NCBI GenBank assembly: GCA_010909165.1
Contig: MU008171.1
Coordinates: 558,001 to 622,000 of the forward strand
Source: Anthoceros angustus
Taxonomy: Eukaryota; Plantae; Anthocerotophyta
Direction of reading: 5' to 3'
Length of the DNA: 64,000 nt
Part shown: in pieces, positions 25,319 through 38,862 of the stretch
Layout of the letters: every line of letters begins with the position of its first letter
Numbering within the stretch: the first letter of the stretch is position 1
The notes under the pieces: model-generated
What the model saw: the letters and a program-made list of their open reading frames with translations, nothing else
What the model was told of the DNA's origin: nothing
Databases searched by the model: none
Program-made: the position numbers and the translations under genes

Positions 25319-25988
25319 TTTCCTTTCGAGATCCCTGTAAAAAGGAGTGAGTTTTGAATAATCGTGTTCCAGGTGTTGTAGTTGGAGGTGGCGCCGCGTG
25401 TCTTAACTTATGTGAGTCAGAGAGCAGGTTGTGAATACCATCTTGTAATCTAGGTTGCTGCTTGTTGGGTTGGCTGGATGTGGAGTAGTGCCATCCTTAT
25501 CTACCTTGCCAACAGAGAGAGGCGCATCCATTGCGCGCAGTTTGAGGTGTTGAAGTTTCATTTGAAACCCTGGTGATCCACGCCATTTGTCTGCACGATC
25601 AGATTCTTTACAATAGTTAGTTATTCGGCTGCCCTATCTATAGGCACATTAGGCACAGAGAAATGAGGTGAATGTCGAGTAGCAGTTTTGACGTGACTTC
25701 TGTGCCTGCGGCCAAGTAGTAATTCCGAATGTGGTAACTGTCAATTTCTTTCATAAGTTGTGAATCAAGTGACTAGGCATTTCAATCGTGAGGATGTCAG
25801 TCTGCTGCACAAGTTGATTAGGTGAATGAATTGACGTACATGATCAAACTACAGGCAGAGTCAACGCCACCCTTTACTAGCTACTATACATCCACCTCCT
25901 GCTGCGCACCGTCAGTTAGGAGCAACACCGCATTCCCAACTACAAGCCCTATTCCGCATGCTAATGGCTAGAGACGATTGTTCCATAC

Positions 25989-28900
25989 TTACACCACGAT
26001 TCTGCGGTGTCCGGCCTTGAGCTTATCCCTGATAGTGTTAAACTTCGTCTCCAATGTATTGTTTCTTTCCTGCAAGATGTCAATAGACACAGAGAGGTGC
26101 CTGATCGCCTCCCTTTTCTCCTCAGCTGCACTGTCTATGATCTTGACCTGCTTCTCAGATTCAGCCTGCAGCCGGACAACTTCCTGCCGCAATTCCTCCA
26201 TAGTTTGATTCAACTTTCCAATGGATTCTTCCCCAAGTGTGCGCGAACTAGAAAGCTCCTCTCGCAACTGTTGCAATTGCTGTTGCAGGCTGGAAATCTG
26301 CGCCTCCCTCTCCACCAAACCCTTCTTGTTCTCCTCTCCTAGGCTAAAGAGAAAGTCTTTCTCCACACGTAGCCTCTTCAATTCCTCACTTGCATCCTGA
26401 AGCTTCTCCTCTACAGCTGAAACTTCAAGTGCATTCTGTGCTGATAGTCTTTTCTTTTCGTCATCTAGATTGGCAATTCTCTCCTCCAATATGACTTGAG
26501 TTTTCTTGAAGGCTGAAATCTCGGAGAGGTGTTCTCCAGTGAGTTTCCGAATCGTCTCCTCCATTGCCTGCAGTGTTTGCTCCTTCAGCTTTACCTCCTC
26601 CGTCAGCTGCCTCACCTTTTCCTCGTTATCAGCACCTTGATCTTGCCCAAGTTTCTGCAAGGAAGCTATATCGGCACGCAACTTTTGAATTTCCATCTGC
26701 GACGCTGATACTTCTCTCTCCTTCAGTTGAATCTGGTTCTGTTTCTCCTCCTGCAGCGACACAATCTCCTGATCCTTCTGCGAGATTGCATTGGAGGTTT
26801 CCAGCTGTAGGGCAGCGATCTCCTCCTGCTTACTCTGCAAGTTCTTCCTTAATTCCTCATCTTTTCTCTTGAGCAAGGCTTCATGCTCCTCCCGCAACTT
26901 TAGTAGCTGTTCGTTTGCACTTAGCAAGTTCTTTTTGTCTCTCTCTTCCTCCAAAATCGCCTTCTTGGATTTCTCATTCTCCTCCAGTAATCTTGAGACT
27001 TCCGCCTGCAAATCTCCAAACCGTGTACTGAACTTCTCCTCTCTTTCCTGCTGACCCGCTTGCAGTGAGGCAATTTCATTCCTCAACTGCACAATCTGAG
27101 ATTGAGCCTCCGTGAGCTGAGCATCCTTCAAAGACATGTGTTCTTCGTTCTGCAGAAGAAGGTTGGAAATTTCTTCCTCCTTCAAGAGCACTATCTCGGT
27201 GATTTTTCGCTGAACACTTGAGAGTTCTGTATCTCTCGATTGTAAAATCCTCTTTTGCTCTTCATCCTTTTCAGCAGTAGCCACTCTCAGCTTCCTAATC
27301 TCCTCCAGCAAGCCGGTTATTCCTCTGTGTTGTTCCGATATTTTGTCATCCAGCTCAGCTGTTCGTTTCTTCTCGGCATCTCGAAGGGCAACAATAGAAG
27401 CGTTAACCTTCCGAATGTCCTCCTGCAGAATGCTGATCTCTGCCTCCTTGTCTTGAATCACCGTCTCTTGCTGCTCTTTCAAAGATGTTATCACCAAGAT
27501 GTCGGCATTCAGCTTCTCTATGGTTGCAGCTGTTGATGTCTGTAGACTGTTGTGCAGTTCCGCCAATTTAGCCATCTCATTGTCCTTCGAGAGCAATAGC
27601 TGCTCCTTCTCAGCAATAAGGTCATGAAGACTAATCTCCTCCTTCTGCAGCTCCCCGCGCAAAGTTGACACCTGTCTTTGTAAGAGAAGGGTTTTCTGGC
27701 CAAATTCTGTCTCCACTGTCTGATTGAGCGATTTCATCCTTAACAGCTCCGTTTGGAGTTTCCTCTCCACCTCTGTCAAGCGTGCGATTTCATCCTGCAG
27801 TTTGGCCAGTTGAGCTCCCTTTTCCTCCAGTTGCTTGTCATGCAGATCCCTGAGTCCCAGCAGTTCTTTCTCATTGCCTGCTTTCACGTTCTGAAGATCT
27901 GTGTTAAGACCAGCAACCACTAAGTCATGCTCAGCTGTATCCTTCCTGCCTGCTTCCTGCAGAGCCAAAATCTCTTCCCTTAACTTCGTCACTTGCGCCT
28001 GCAGTATAATGCCATCGGCCTCCCTCTCTCTGGACACATGCGCATGAGCATCGCTCAACTTTGAAATTTCTGCCTGCATTCTTTTCCATTCAGCATCTTT
28101 CTCCACCGTAAACTTGTGACTCTCGTCCCTCAGTCTCGAAAGCTCTTCTTCATGGGCCCGCTTCATCGCATCTCTTTCTTCAACTAGAAGAACAAGCTTA
28201 GCGTCTTTTTCCTTGATGATGGATTGCAACTCACCTTCCAGCTTTGCAATTTCGGCCTCCTTCGTAACCACCAGGTCCTGCTTGTCCGCAAGCAGCTTCA
28301 CAAACTCGGACTCCTTGAAGACCATTGTCCCTTGCAGTTTCTGCAACTGCGCCCCATTTTCCTCCAGCAATCGACTGGTTTCCTCTCGTAAAGAAGAAAT
28401 ATCTGCGTCTTTGAGTTTCAGCGTACTTTCATTCTCCACCCTAATAGCTCTGATCACTGTCTCGTGCTCCTTTTTCAACTCCTGCACATTCACATGCGCT
28501 TCAGCTCTCAAGTGGGCAACCTCCTTCTCATGGTTTGATAAAAGAACCTTCCGGTCCTCTGTTTCCTTAGAGAGGGAAAGGAGCAACTTCTCTCGGTCTT
28601 CTTCCACAGTAGAGAGATCCTTGCGAAGGCCAGAGATCTGCAAAGCATATTCAGCTGCATCCTTATTGTTGGATTCCACCAAAGAAGAGATCTCTTCTCG
28701 CAGCTTCTTGATTTGCTCTTGTAAAATGAGTGTATCTGCCTCCCTTTCTCTGCACACTTGCCCATGAGCATCTGTTAGCCTTGAGATTTCTCCCTGCCTC
28801 CTTGTCAGCTCTGCTTCTTTCTCCCCCATTAGCTTGTGATTTTCCTCCTGCAGCCTGAATAGGTTTTCCTCATGGGAAGACTGCAACCGGTCCCTCTCCT

Positions 28901-31900
28901 CGGTGAAAATGACAAGCTTGGCATCTCTGTCGTTCTTGACAGACAGAAGTTCCGCCTCCAGCTTGCTGATTTCTGACTCCTTCGCAATCACCAGGTCATG
29001 CTTCTCTTCCAATAATCTCGAGAGCTCTAATTCCTTCGCAGCAAGCAGCCCTTGCAGCTTCTGCAGTTCTTGAGCTAGTCGAGTCCCTTCTCCTTGTAGA
29101 TCCGAGATATCTGCCTCTTTGACTTTCAGCACACTGTCATTTCTGTCCGTGATGGTCTTGACATGGGATTCATGCTCCTTACGCACCTCCAGCAGGCGAG
29201 CTTCTGCTTTGCTCCTATTCTTCTTCTCACTTTCCTGCAGAGAGGATATTTCCTCCCTGAGCTTTTTGATCTGCTCTTGTAATACGAGAGTATCTGCCTC
29301 TCTGTCTCTACAGACTTGCCCATACGCGTCACTTAGTCTGGCGATCTCCTCATGCTTCTTCGTCAGTTTTTCATCCCTTTCTTTTATCACAGTCTTCAGC
29401 TCTGTTTCCAATCGGTTGATCTCTGCTTCCTTCACGTGCATGAGATCCTGCTGCTCCACTGAGAATTTAGAGAACTCGGACTCCTTCAAATCCAGCAACT
29501 CTTGCAACTTCCGCAGATCCTGTGACAGTCGACTGGTCTCCTCCTGCAAAGCAGAGATGTCTTCCTCCTTAGCTATCAGGTCACGCTCACTCTTCTCCTT
29601 GATGGTAGTGACAGAAGCTTCATGCTCCTTCTGTAAATCCTGCACATGCAGTTCTGCTTCAGCTTTCAGATGAGCAACTTCAGTTTCGTGAGCATTTAAC
29701 AATGCCTTCTTGTCTTCAACTTCCTGAGAGAGGGAAAGGTGCAGCTTGTCCCGTTCGGATTCCGAAAGAGAGAGATCCTTCTGCAGGCTTGCCATCAGCG
29801 AAGCATGCTCAGCTGCAGTTTTCTTTTCAGCTTCCTGGAGAGAAGAGACTTCGTCTCTCGACTTCTTGATTTGAGCTTGAAAGATGAGACTGTCTGCCTC
29901 CCTTTCTCTGCACACTTGCCCATGAGCATCAGATAATCTAGAGACAGCAACGTCATGCTCTTTCTGCTTTTCCTGCAGCTGCACTTCTGCTTCAGCTTTC
30001 AAATGAACAACTGCAGTTTCGTGAGCTGCTAACAGAGCCTTCTTGTCTTCAGCTTCCTGAGAAAGGGAACGCAGCAGCTTGTTGCGTTCGGATTCCAAAA
30101 GAGAGAGATCCCTCTGCAGGCTTGCCATCAGCGAAGCATGCTCAGCTGCAGTTTTCTTTTCAGCTTCCTGGAGAGAAGAGACTTCGTCTCTCAACTTCTT
30201 GATTTGAGCTTGTAAAATGAGACTGTCTGCCTCCTTTTCTCTGCACACTTGCTCATGAGCATCAGTTAACCTAGAGACAGCAATATCATGCTCTTCCTGT
30301 TTTACCTGCAGATGCACTCCTGCTTCAGCTCTCAAATGAACAACTGCAGTTTCGTGAGCTGCTAACAGAGCCTTCTTGTCTTCAGCTTCCTGAGAAAGGG
30401 AACGCAGTAGCTTGTCGCGTTCAGATTCGAAAAGAGAGGAATCCTTCTGCAGGCTTGCCATCAGCGAAGCATGCTCAGCTGCAGTTTTCTTTTCAGCTTC
30501 CTGGAGAGAAGATACTTCGTCTGTCAACTTCTTGATTTGAGCTTGTAAGATGAGACTGTCTGCCTCCTTTTCTCTGCACACTTGCCCATGAACATCAGAT
30601 AATCTAGAGACAGCAACTTCATGCTCTTTCTGTTTTTCCTGCAGATGCACTTCTGCCTCAGCTTTCAAGTGAACAACTGCAGTTTCGTGAGCTGCTAACA
30701 GAGCCTTCTTGTCTTCAGCTTCCTGAGAAAGGGAACGCAGTAGCTTGTCGCGTTCAGATTCGAAAAGAGAGGAATCCTTCTGCAGGCTTGCCATCAGCGA
30801 AGCATGCTCAGCTGCAGTTTTCTTTTCAGCTTCCTGGAGAAGATACTTCGTCTGTCAACTTCTTGATTTGAGCTTGTAAGATGAGACTGTCTGCCTCCTT
30901 TTCTCTGCACACTTGCCCATGAACATCAGATAATCTAGAGACAGCAACTTCATGCTCTTTCTGTTTTTCCTGCAGATGCACTTCTGCCTCAGCTTTCAAG
31001 TGAACAACTGCAGTTTCGTGAGCTGCTAACAGAGCCTTCTTGTCTTCAGCTTCCTGAGAAAGGGAACGCAGCAGCTTGTCCCGTTCGGATTCCAAAAGAG
31101 AGAGATCCTTCTGCAGGCTTGCCATCAGCGAAGCATGCTCAGCTGCAGTCTTCTTTTCAGCTTCCTGGAGAGAGGAGACTTCGTCTTTCAACTCATTAAT
31201 TTGAGCTTGTAAGATGAGACTCTCTGCCTCCCTTTCTCTGCACACTTGCCCATGAGCATCAGTTAACCTGGAGACCTCTTCCTGCTTCCTCGTCAGTTCA
31301 AACTCTTTCTCGACCACGAGCTTGTGAGTTTCCTCCCTCAGCCTGGACAGCTCTTGCACCAGTCGATCACATTGCTCTCGTGACGAACGTATCTCTGCCT
31401 GTTTCGCCTCCACCACAGAATCGTTTTTCTCACGTACGGTTATGATCATCAACTCATGCTCCTTCAGAACTTCTTGCAGATGTGAATCAGCTTCAGCTTT
31501 CGTCCGGGAAACGTCAAGCTCGTGAGCCGCCGACAAAGCCTTCTTGTCCTCAGATTCTTGGGTAAGAGCGCGAAGCAATTTTTCTCGCTCTTCCTCCAGA
31601 CTAGAAATGTCTCTGCGAAGCCCAGAGATGATAACAGCATACTCTTCTTCATTCTTTACCTTGGCTTCCTGCAGGGAAGAGATGTCATCCCTTAGCTTCT
31701 TCATTTGCTCTTGTAAGATGAGCGTATCGGCCTCCCTCTCTCTGCAGACCTGCCCATGGGCATCAGTCAGTCTGGAAATCTCCTCCTGCCTCTTCGTAAT
31801 TTCAGATTCCTTCTCCAGGTGGAGCTTGTGACTCTCGTTTCTGAGCTTGGACAGCTCATCCTCAAGGGATGCCTTCAGTGTCTCTCGCTCTTCGACTAGA

Positions 31901-34900
31901 GTCGCATGCTTGGCATCCTTTTCAATGATAACATTTGAGAGCTCAGTGTTGATTCTCCTGATTTCTGTCTCCCTTGCCTGCAGCATCTCCTCTCTCTCTG
32001 CAATGGCGCTGACGAGCTCCGACTCCTTTGAAGCCAGCAACTCTTGCAGCTTCTGCAGTTCGGCATCCTTCCCCTGAAGCCATTGAGAAGATTCCTCACT
32101 CAAAGCCGAGAGATCAGCCTCCCTAAGTCTCAGGGCATCCTCTTTCTGTTTCGTGACGGTTGTGATGGCCAGGTCACGTTGCCTCAGAAGGTCATGCACG
32201 CGGGCAACTTCAGCTTTGAGCTGGGAAATTTCTCTCTCACAAGCCTGCAGCAAGGCCTCTTTGATCTTGGTTTCCTCGGAATGAATAATAACCAACTTCT
32301 CTCGCTCTTCCTGCATCGAAGAGACTTCGTTATGGAGGCCAGAGACTAACGCCGTATTCGTTATCTCCACTTCCTGCAGACGGGATATCTTATCTCTTAG
32401 TATTTTGATTTGCTCCTGTAAGTGAGCAACCTCTGTCTCCCTCTGCTTTGAGAGCTGGGCATGGGTCTCAGTCCACTTGCAGACCTCCTCTTCCTTGGCT
32501 TTAACTAAGAGTTCCTTATCTTTGTGCAGAGCATCGATTTCAGCCAATTTTGACGAGAGCACCTGCTCGTGATCCTCGACAATCCGAGACAACTCGACTT
32601 CCTTGTCTTTCCGGTGGTTCTCGTGGTCCTTCTTCAATTGCGTGAAGTCTGCCTCCCGAGTTATAAGCAGGCTCTGCTTATCCTCAATGCTGGTCGCATG
32701 TCTCCTGTTTTCCTCTTCCAATCTAAGTATCACCTGTTTCAGCTCTTCAATTTCTTCACCCAACTGAGCTACAGTTTCGGAATTGACTGTGAGCTCTCTC
32801 TGCAAGCTCTCAATCTCCTCATGCAGCGACCGAGTCTCCCCCTCCTTTTCGTTGAGACACTTGGCCTTCTCATCCTGCAACTTATGCATCTCTTCCTCCT
32901 TCAGAACAATAGCACTCTTCATAGCGAATTCTAGCTTAACTGACGCATCCTTGGCAGCTTCTAGCTCGGCCTCCTTGGAAGCCACAATCTTCGCTAGCTC
33001 CTTCAGCTTGAGGGAAGCTGAATCGTTGATGTCATGCAGGTGCAAGCTTTCTTTCTCCAATGCTGCCACTCTCTGGAGAAGATCCGACTCCTTCTGGTGA
33101 TGCTCAGAGAGCAGGGCCTGTGTTTGAGCTCCGAGGGCGGCCATCTCCTGCTCCAAGGAGCTGATCTTCAAGTGCTTCTCATCCAATATGCTTTTGTGCA
33201 GCTTGGAAGCCTCATCCGAGGATGCAATCTGCCTCTCTCTTTCCTGATGCAGATGCGCAAGCTGACTCTCCGAGCTAGCTAGGGCTGCCACGATCGCCTC
33301 CAACGCGTGCCCCGCTTCTTGTCGATGCCTCTTCAATTCCTCCTTCAATGCCACCACAGTACCCTTGTACTCCTCCTGCAGGTGCACGATCTCCTCCTTC
33401 AGCTCCACCACGGTGCTCTTGATGTGTGCATTCCTTTTGAACTGTGATTCACGGGAAGCCAGCATTGCATGACTCAGCTTCCTGTTTTCCTCTTGCAGAC
33501 TTTCGATCTCTGTCTCCTTGGCTTGAACAAGTGTGGTAAGCTCCTCCCGCACTGCCCTAAGCTGGGAGTTCAAGCCTTCCTTCTCTCCTTGCAATGCACC
33601 GATTTCGGCCTCCCGCACTCTGGAAGCCTGAGCATGGTCATCCAAGAGGGACACAAGCTCCGCCTGCTTTGCTTCCAGATTCACACGGTGTTGTTCGATT
33701 TGGTTCCTCAGATCGTTATGTTCTTCTCGCAAGCTCGACACTTGAAGGTCCGTCATGTGGAGCACCTGCGTCTTTTCCTCTTGCAACCTGGCCAACTCCG
33801 CAAGCAAATGCGCCCTCTCTTCCTGGGCACCTCTGAGCTCCGTGTCCTTGGACTCGAGGTGCAATGCGGACACGTCCCGTGCTTTAAACAGCTCCTCAAG
33901 TTCGCTGGACAGACTCCTCTTGTGCTCCTCCAATTGAGTGATTTGAGTGTGTTTGTCTGCCAGCAGCGCCTCGAGCTCTTCCTGAAGCATCGTGATTTCC
34001 GCTTCCTTGGCTTCCACGAGTTTCTGACTCTCTTGTTCAAAGTTCTTGCGCTCCTCCTCCTTCTTATCGAGCAGAGTTTGTAAGCTCTCCCTCCCCTCTT
34101 TGATGTCCGCTGCTTCCAGGATCAGGGTATGGTGAGAATGCTGCAAAGAGGAGAGCGAAGTTTGCGACAGCTCCAACGCACTGGACAAGGAGAGCCTCTG
34201 CTCAGCCTCTCTGGAAGCCTCAGCCCGGAGCTTGTCAAGGTCTTGCTCCGCCGAGGATATGCGAGTCGTCAAGCAGGTTTCCTGCTGCTGGCAAGCCGAA
34301 AGCAGCGCCCGCAACCGTTCAACCTCCTCAGCGAGCGAGACAGTCTGAGATGACAGGTTACCGTTTTCCAGCTCCAACCCTGATACCTGCGTAGACAAAT
34401 CCTGTATCCTGGACACACCTGCTGCAATGTCATCTCGGAGCTTGTGATTCTCGTCCTGATAGCGCATGAGCTCGCTATTAAGCACAGAGAGCTCATCCGT
34501 GAGGAACTTGATCTTCTCCCAGTCTGCCTTCCTGTTGTCGTTACCATCATCAGCCACTCCCTTTCCCTTCTTGTGATCCTTGGTGCGACCAGCAGCTTTC
34601 TTGGCAGGCTTGGGTTCTCGTTTTCCGGAATCAGAGTCAGAATCCGAGGAAGAGGAGGAGGAGGAGGAGGAGGAGGAGGAGGAGCCGTCCCTTTTGAATT
34701 TGGTTTTCTTCTTGGCCTTGGACTTGGATGACCTCTTGAAGAAGCTCCACTTGGCAGCTGCGTGAGCATCTTCCGCGTCCCTCTCAGAGTCGGGTCCGGT
34801 CTGGGTGCCCTCCTCCACTAGCGACCCCTTCCTGCCGCCGCCGGGCTGAAACTTTTCATGCACCGGAGAGTTGAGCGGGGTCCTTTTGAAGAGGGTCCAC

Positions 34901-35848
34901 CTGTGACCAGCATCTTCCCTCTCAGAACTGGCACTGGCGGAATCCCCGGTGTGAGTGCCTTCGTCGTTGGCGAACTTGAAGGAGTTCTTCCCGACCTGGA
35001 ACTTGTCATGCACCGGAGAAGTGAGAGGAGACCTCTTGAAGGGGTTCCACCTGCCGCCGGCGTGGTGAGCATGGGCAGCAGCATCTTCCCTTTCAGAACC
35101 AGCCGAGTCCCGAGCACTTTCGTCCAGCAGAAGGGCTCCTGGACCAGACGGTTTGGCGTGGGCTCCTCTGGTGACCTGAAACTTCTCATGCACGGGCGAA
35201 CTGAGGGGGGACTGCCTGGGGAAGTGCAGGCGCTTCCCGCCAGCCGTGTCCTTGGGAGAGTCGAGGGAAGAGGAAGAGATCCCGTACTGCGCCTGCAGAG
35301 CTCTGGGAAGCTGGTTAATCTCCCCACTCATGTTATCATACTTCTCGGCCAAGGCTCGGTACATTCTGTAGAAATCCTCCACCAGTTTGATGAGCTCAGG
35401 TCGCTTCTGGTAGAACATCTCAGCACGCTTGGCGAAGGAATCCGCATCCTCTTCGATGAGCCTGAGCATGGACTTGACCTTGCTGTCCAGCTCTGCAAGC
35501 GGTAAGGGCGGAGTGAGCGTGCATGAGCAGGTCACGGCGGTGGTGCATGCAGGTGGCGGAATGGATGCTCACCTGACATCTGAGTGTGGAGCCACTTTGA
35601 ATGCTTGGGGCTGTTATGGCTGTCCCACCACCAGGAGTGAGAAGGGCTGGAGTCGAGCGCCATATTCCTGGGCGGATCGGTGAGTATGGAGGAGACCATG
35701 GGGAACCTGGAGGGTCGGGAGAAGGTGACCCCTCTGGAAGAGCTGACGGGCCCGGGGTCCTCCAGCTTGACGGGCTGAGGAGGCAACGATGATGAGCAGC
35801 AGAGCGCAGCGGCACACCCAATTCAGGCTTCACCTGAGCAGGATGCAT
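25989..35848 (-). CDS. Giant NETWORKED (NAB/KIP1 domain) actin-binding coiled-coil protein, NET4-like, about 3,200 aa; one 2-bp frameshift near 30836-30841
   Basis: NAB domain [17 protein letters not shown]...[24 protein letters not shown], and C-terminal [11 protein letters not shown] matching the NET4 [10 protein letters not shown] motif. ORFs 30826..35535 and 25989..30794 join when a missing GA is restored. The start (MHPAQ exon at 35848) is tentative. Confidence 0.88.
29700..31280 (-). repeat. 333-bp (111-aa) coding tandem repeat, 4+ copies, inside the NET gene
   Basis: tgcaggcttgccatcagcg recurs at 29782, 30115, 30448, 30781 and 31112 (spacing 333, 333, 333, 331). Confidence 0.93.
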
Positions 35849-36498
35849 TGAGGCGGTGTGCTGGCGCGCATAACCTGTAAGGCAGATCGAGCGGGCATGA
35901 CGTAGTGCGTTAAAACCAGCGGGCCTGGGCAAGAAGAAGGATGAAGCAGTAGAGGAGCAAGGAGCAAGCGTGAGACACAAGAAGTCGGTCGGGACTCTGA
36001 ACCTCGTCCCGTCCATACACGCCACGCTGACACGACACGGAAGGTCCGAGGATGTATATTTTTTTTCTGTCGGGTGCTGCGATCCTCCTCGCCCGCCGCT
36101 TAGATCTGGGAAACAGCAGGAGCGTGAAGATTGAAGTGAGTGCGAGGAAATTTTGGGAAGCACTGGCTGGTTGAGGAAAGCAAATGCACACAAGTCCAGC
36201 GCCAAGGCAGCACAAGGGATGAGCAGGAAGGAGGCAGGGAGATGCGTCACCAAGTGATTCAGCTCCGGGGAGGAGGTGGGCGCGGGCGGGCGGCGGAAAG
36301 CGACTGGGGACGCTGCCGGGCTTGTCCTAGTGTCGGACCGATTCCGAAAGGGCAAAAGTAAGCACAGTGCGCACACAGAAACAAGAGGGGGCTGGACGCC
36401 AAGCAGCCGAGAGCGGAGCGGAGGAGAGAGAGAGAGTGATGAATGTGGCAAGCCAGACCGGGCGCTCTCCGGCTACGTAGTTCAGTGGGAACTTCAAT

Positions 36499-36960
36499 GT
36501 TGCTGTTGCTGTTGCTGCTGTTGGCTGGCTGCTGCTGCTGCTGCTGGCTGGCGGCTGCTGCTGCTGCTGCTGCTGCTGGCGGCTGCTGCTGCTGGCTGGC
36601 GGCTGCTGCTGCTGCTGCTGGCTGGCGGCTGCTGCTACTGCTGCTGCTGCTGATGGTAATGGTGATGGTGATGGTGATGGAGGAGGAAAGAAGAGGGGAT
36701 CGGGCCCAAACTCTGCGGCGTGACACATAATTGAACCGAAGAAGAAGGTGGGCCAAAATTATTGGGGCAACAGGAGGATTGGCTCGGGAGCCGGGAATGG
36801 CGAATGACCCGGAATGGCTTTGCCAAGTTGGGCTCCGTGGCCGCGGGGAAGGCGGGAAAAGGCGAAGGGCGGAATGGTCGGTGAAGCCCGCAAGCTGCCC
36901 TGCTGCCCGGGCCCCGGGGCTTGGGCTTGGGCTTGGGCTTGGGCTTGGGCTTGGGCTTGG
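36499..36960. repeat. Compound (GCT)n/(GATGGT)n and (GCTTGG)n microsatellites upstream of the NET gene
   Basis: Seen directly at 36499-36680 and 36918-36960. Confidence 0.9.
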
Positions 36961-38862
36961 GGGTTACGCCAACCCGGTGGCGGGTTCGCCGTTGGCCGGT
37001 TGGGCGCGCAAACGGATAAACAGATGGGGTGTCCCATGACAGGGGCGTCGACACCGAAGTTGAGGCGATAGGGCGTTCGGCACAGGGCACAGGGTGCATG
37101 TGGCCAGCCCACAACCTGCCGTATGTGCACACTGTATGTACATACGTGGGTCCGGCTTGCGGCTTCCGCCTTCCGGCGTCCGGCTCCAGCTCCGTGTGAC
37201 GGGTGCCATGAACACCTATAGCATCCTGCCACTACATGATATTTTTTGCAGCGCCACCAGGAAGGCATCGCATCCGCCTCCCCTGCAAGCGCCTGCACTC
37301 CTTATTTTGAATCAGGTAGCCACCTATTAACCCAGGCGCAAGCGCCAAGCGCCAAGCGCCAAGCGCAAAGCGCATCGCGCAGCGGGAAGGATAACTTTAC
37401 CCAACTAAACATCCCTCACCTCCAACACGCGCTCACGCTTACGGGAAAGGCAGGGACAGGAAGGGAAGGGAACCATTGAAACGCTCCTCCCGCACGTATC
37501 ACCGACTATGTACGTATGCGCGTTGCATGTGTACGTATGAACACCACAGGCTGTACTTCACCACAGAGTTGCGCAAGAAATCGCGCTTGAACGTCAATCT
37601 GCGCGTCAAACACTACGTCATTAAGCCGCAGGCTGCATCTGTTTATAGTCCAGGCCTGGAGGCCAGCTCGACCGACAGAGCTGTCTGTCAGCTGGGCCAG
37701 CTGGGTTCCGTTGGGGATCCTGGAGATTCCTTCCCAGGACGAGGGTGAATCGACACGCCGGAGTCACCAGACCACAGCCCCGCTAATAACCATGGAACGG
37801 ACTGGAACCTGAGATCATACATCACGGAAGGAGCTGGCGCGATCATCCCATGATGGCATTTGCTTTCATCTCATCTCTCTCACGTCTTTAGGCAGCGGCA
37901 GCGGCAGCGGCAGCGGCAGCGACAGCGACAGCGTCACAACCTTTACGTCCGCATGTGCAGTGCGTATGCATTAAACATCGTGGCATCCTCCCCATCCTCC
38001 ACCATTCGCGGCAGCCCCTGCCCCTGCCCCTGCCCCTGCCCCTGCCCCATGCGTCATCGCGTCGGGAGCACGCCACAATTATCACAAGCAATCACGAGGA
38101 GCATCACCTCGCGTTTCACACGCTGCGCACATACATAGCTACTGGCTGCAGCAGCCGAAGATGCGGGGCCGATGGTGCTAGAGACGTGCATGTGTCTTCC
38201 TCCAGGTTATTTGAGGGCTTATCCAGAGGAACCAGCGTGCCAGCCACCAAACACATCGCTTCACCTCGCCTAGCCTCGCCTCCCCTCCCCTCCGCTCCCC
38301 TCTCCTCCCCTCCCCTATTCCTTGCCGCGGGAGGCAGGAAGGTAGGGAGGAAGGACGCGTTTCTTTTCCAGCGGCACGCAGTAGGGCAGCATCGGTAAGG
38401 TGCGCCGATCGGCAGCCCGGCCCTTGGCCCTTGGCCGCATCGCCGCCCACCCCACGTACTAGGTATGTACATGGGAAAGAGAGCAGGGCCGGAACCTACC
38501 TCACGGCTGGCAAGCCGCAACTGTACCTGCCTGATGCCGCCGGCCGGGCCGGGCCGGGCCGGGCCGGGCCTTGACTTGCCTTGCCTTGCCGGAACCAACC
38601 TCAGTGGATGGATGTTCCTAGGGCGGTACATACGTGCATGCATGTATATACGTATGGTATGTGCTCTTCCGTCTCCCCACGCTTGCCCTCGTGCCACCGC
38701 CACCATACATACATACCTGTGTGGTGACTGCTGTGCTCCACGCGCTGCGCCTGCGACTGGTTCAGGGAAGGGAAGGGAAGGGAAGGAAACGAAAGGGCTG
38801 GGTGGTGATAAAAAGACTAGGGCAGCCCGGGGGGTAAAGCATAGGGCATCCGGATGCTTTCA

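Noticed and set aside
30826-30845. Programmed ribosomal frameshift in NET
   Set aside because: No slippery heptamer. It is a simple GA loss relative to the sister repeat units.
26007-35505. Many + strand Ser/Leu/Phe-rich ORFs
   Set aside because: Antisense shadows of the Glu/Lys-rich NET coding strand.
35420-36451. 343-aa - strand ORF
   Set aside because: Runs through the UTR and introns of NET in GC-rich sequence, with no domain signal.
36259-37298. Poly-Q/A/L/PK ORFs on both strands
   Set aside because: Translations of microsatellites in the NET upstream/UTR region.
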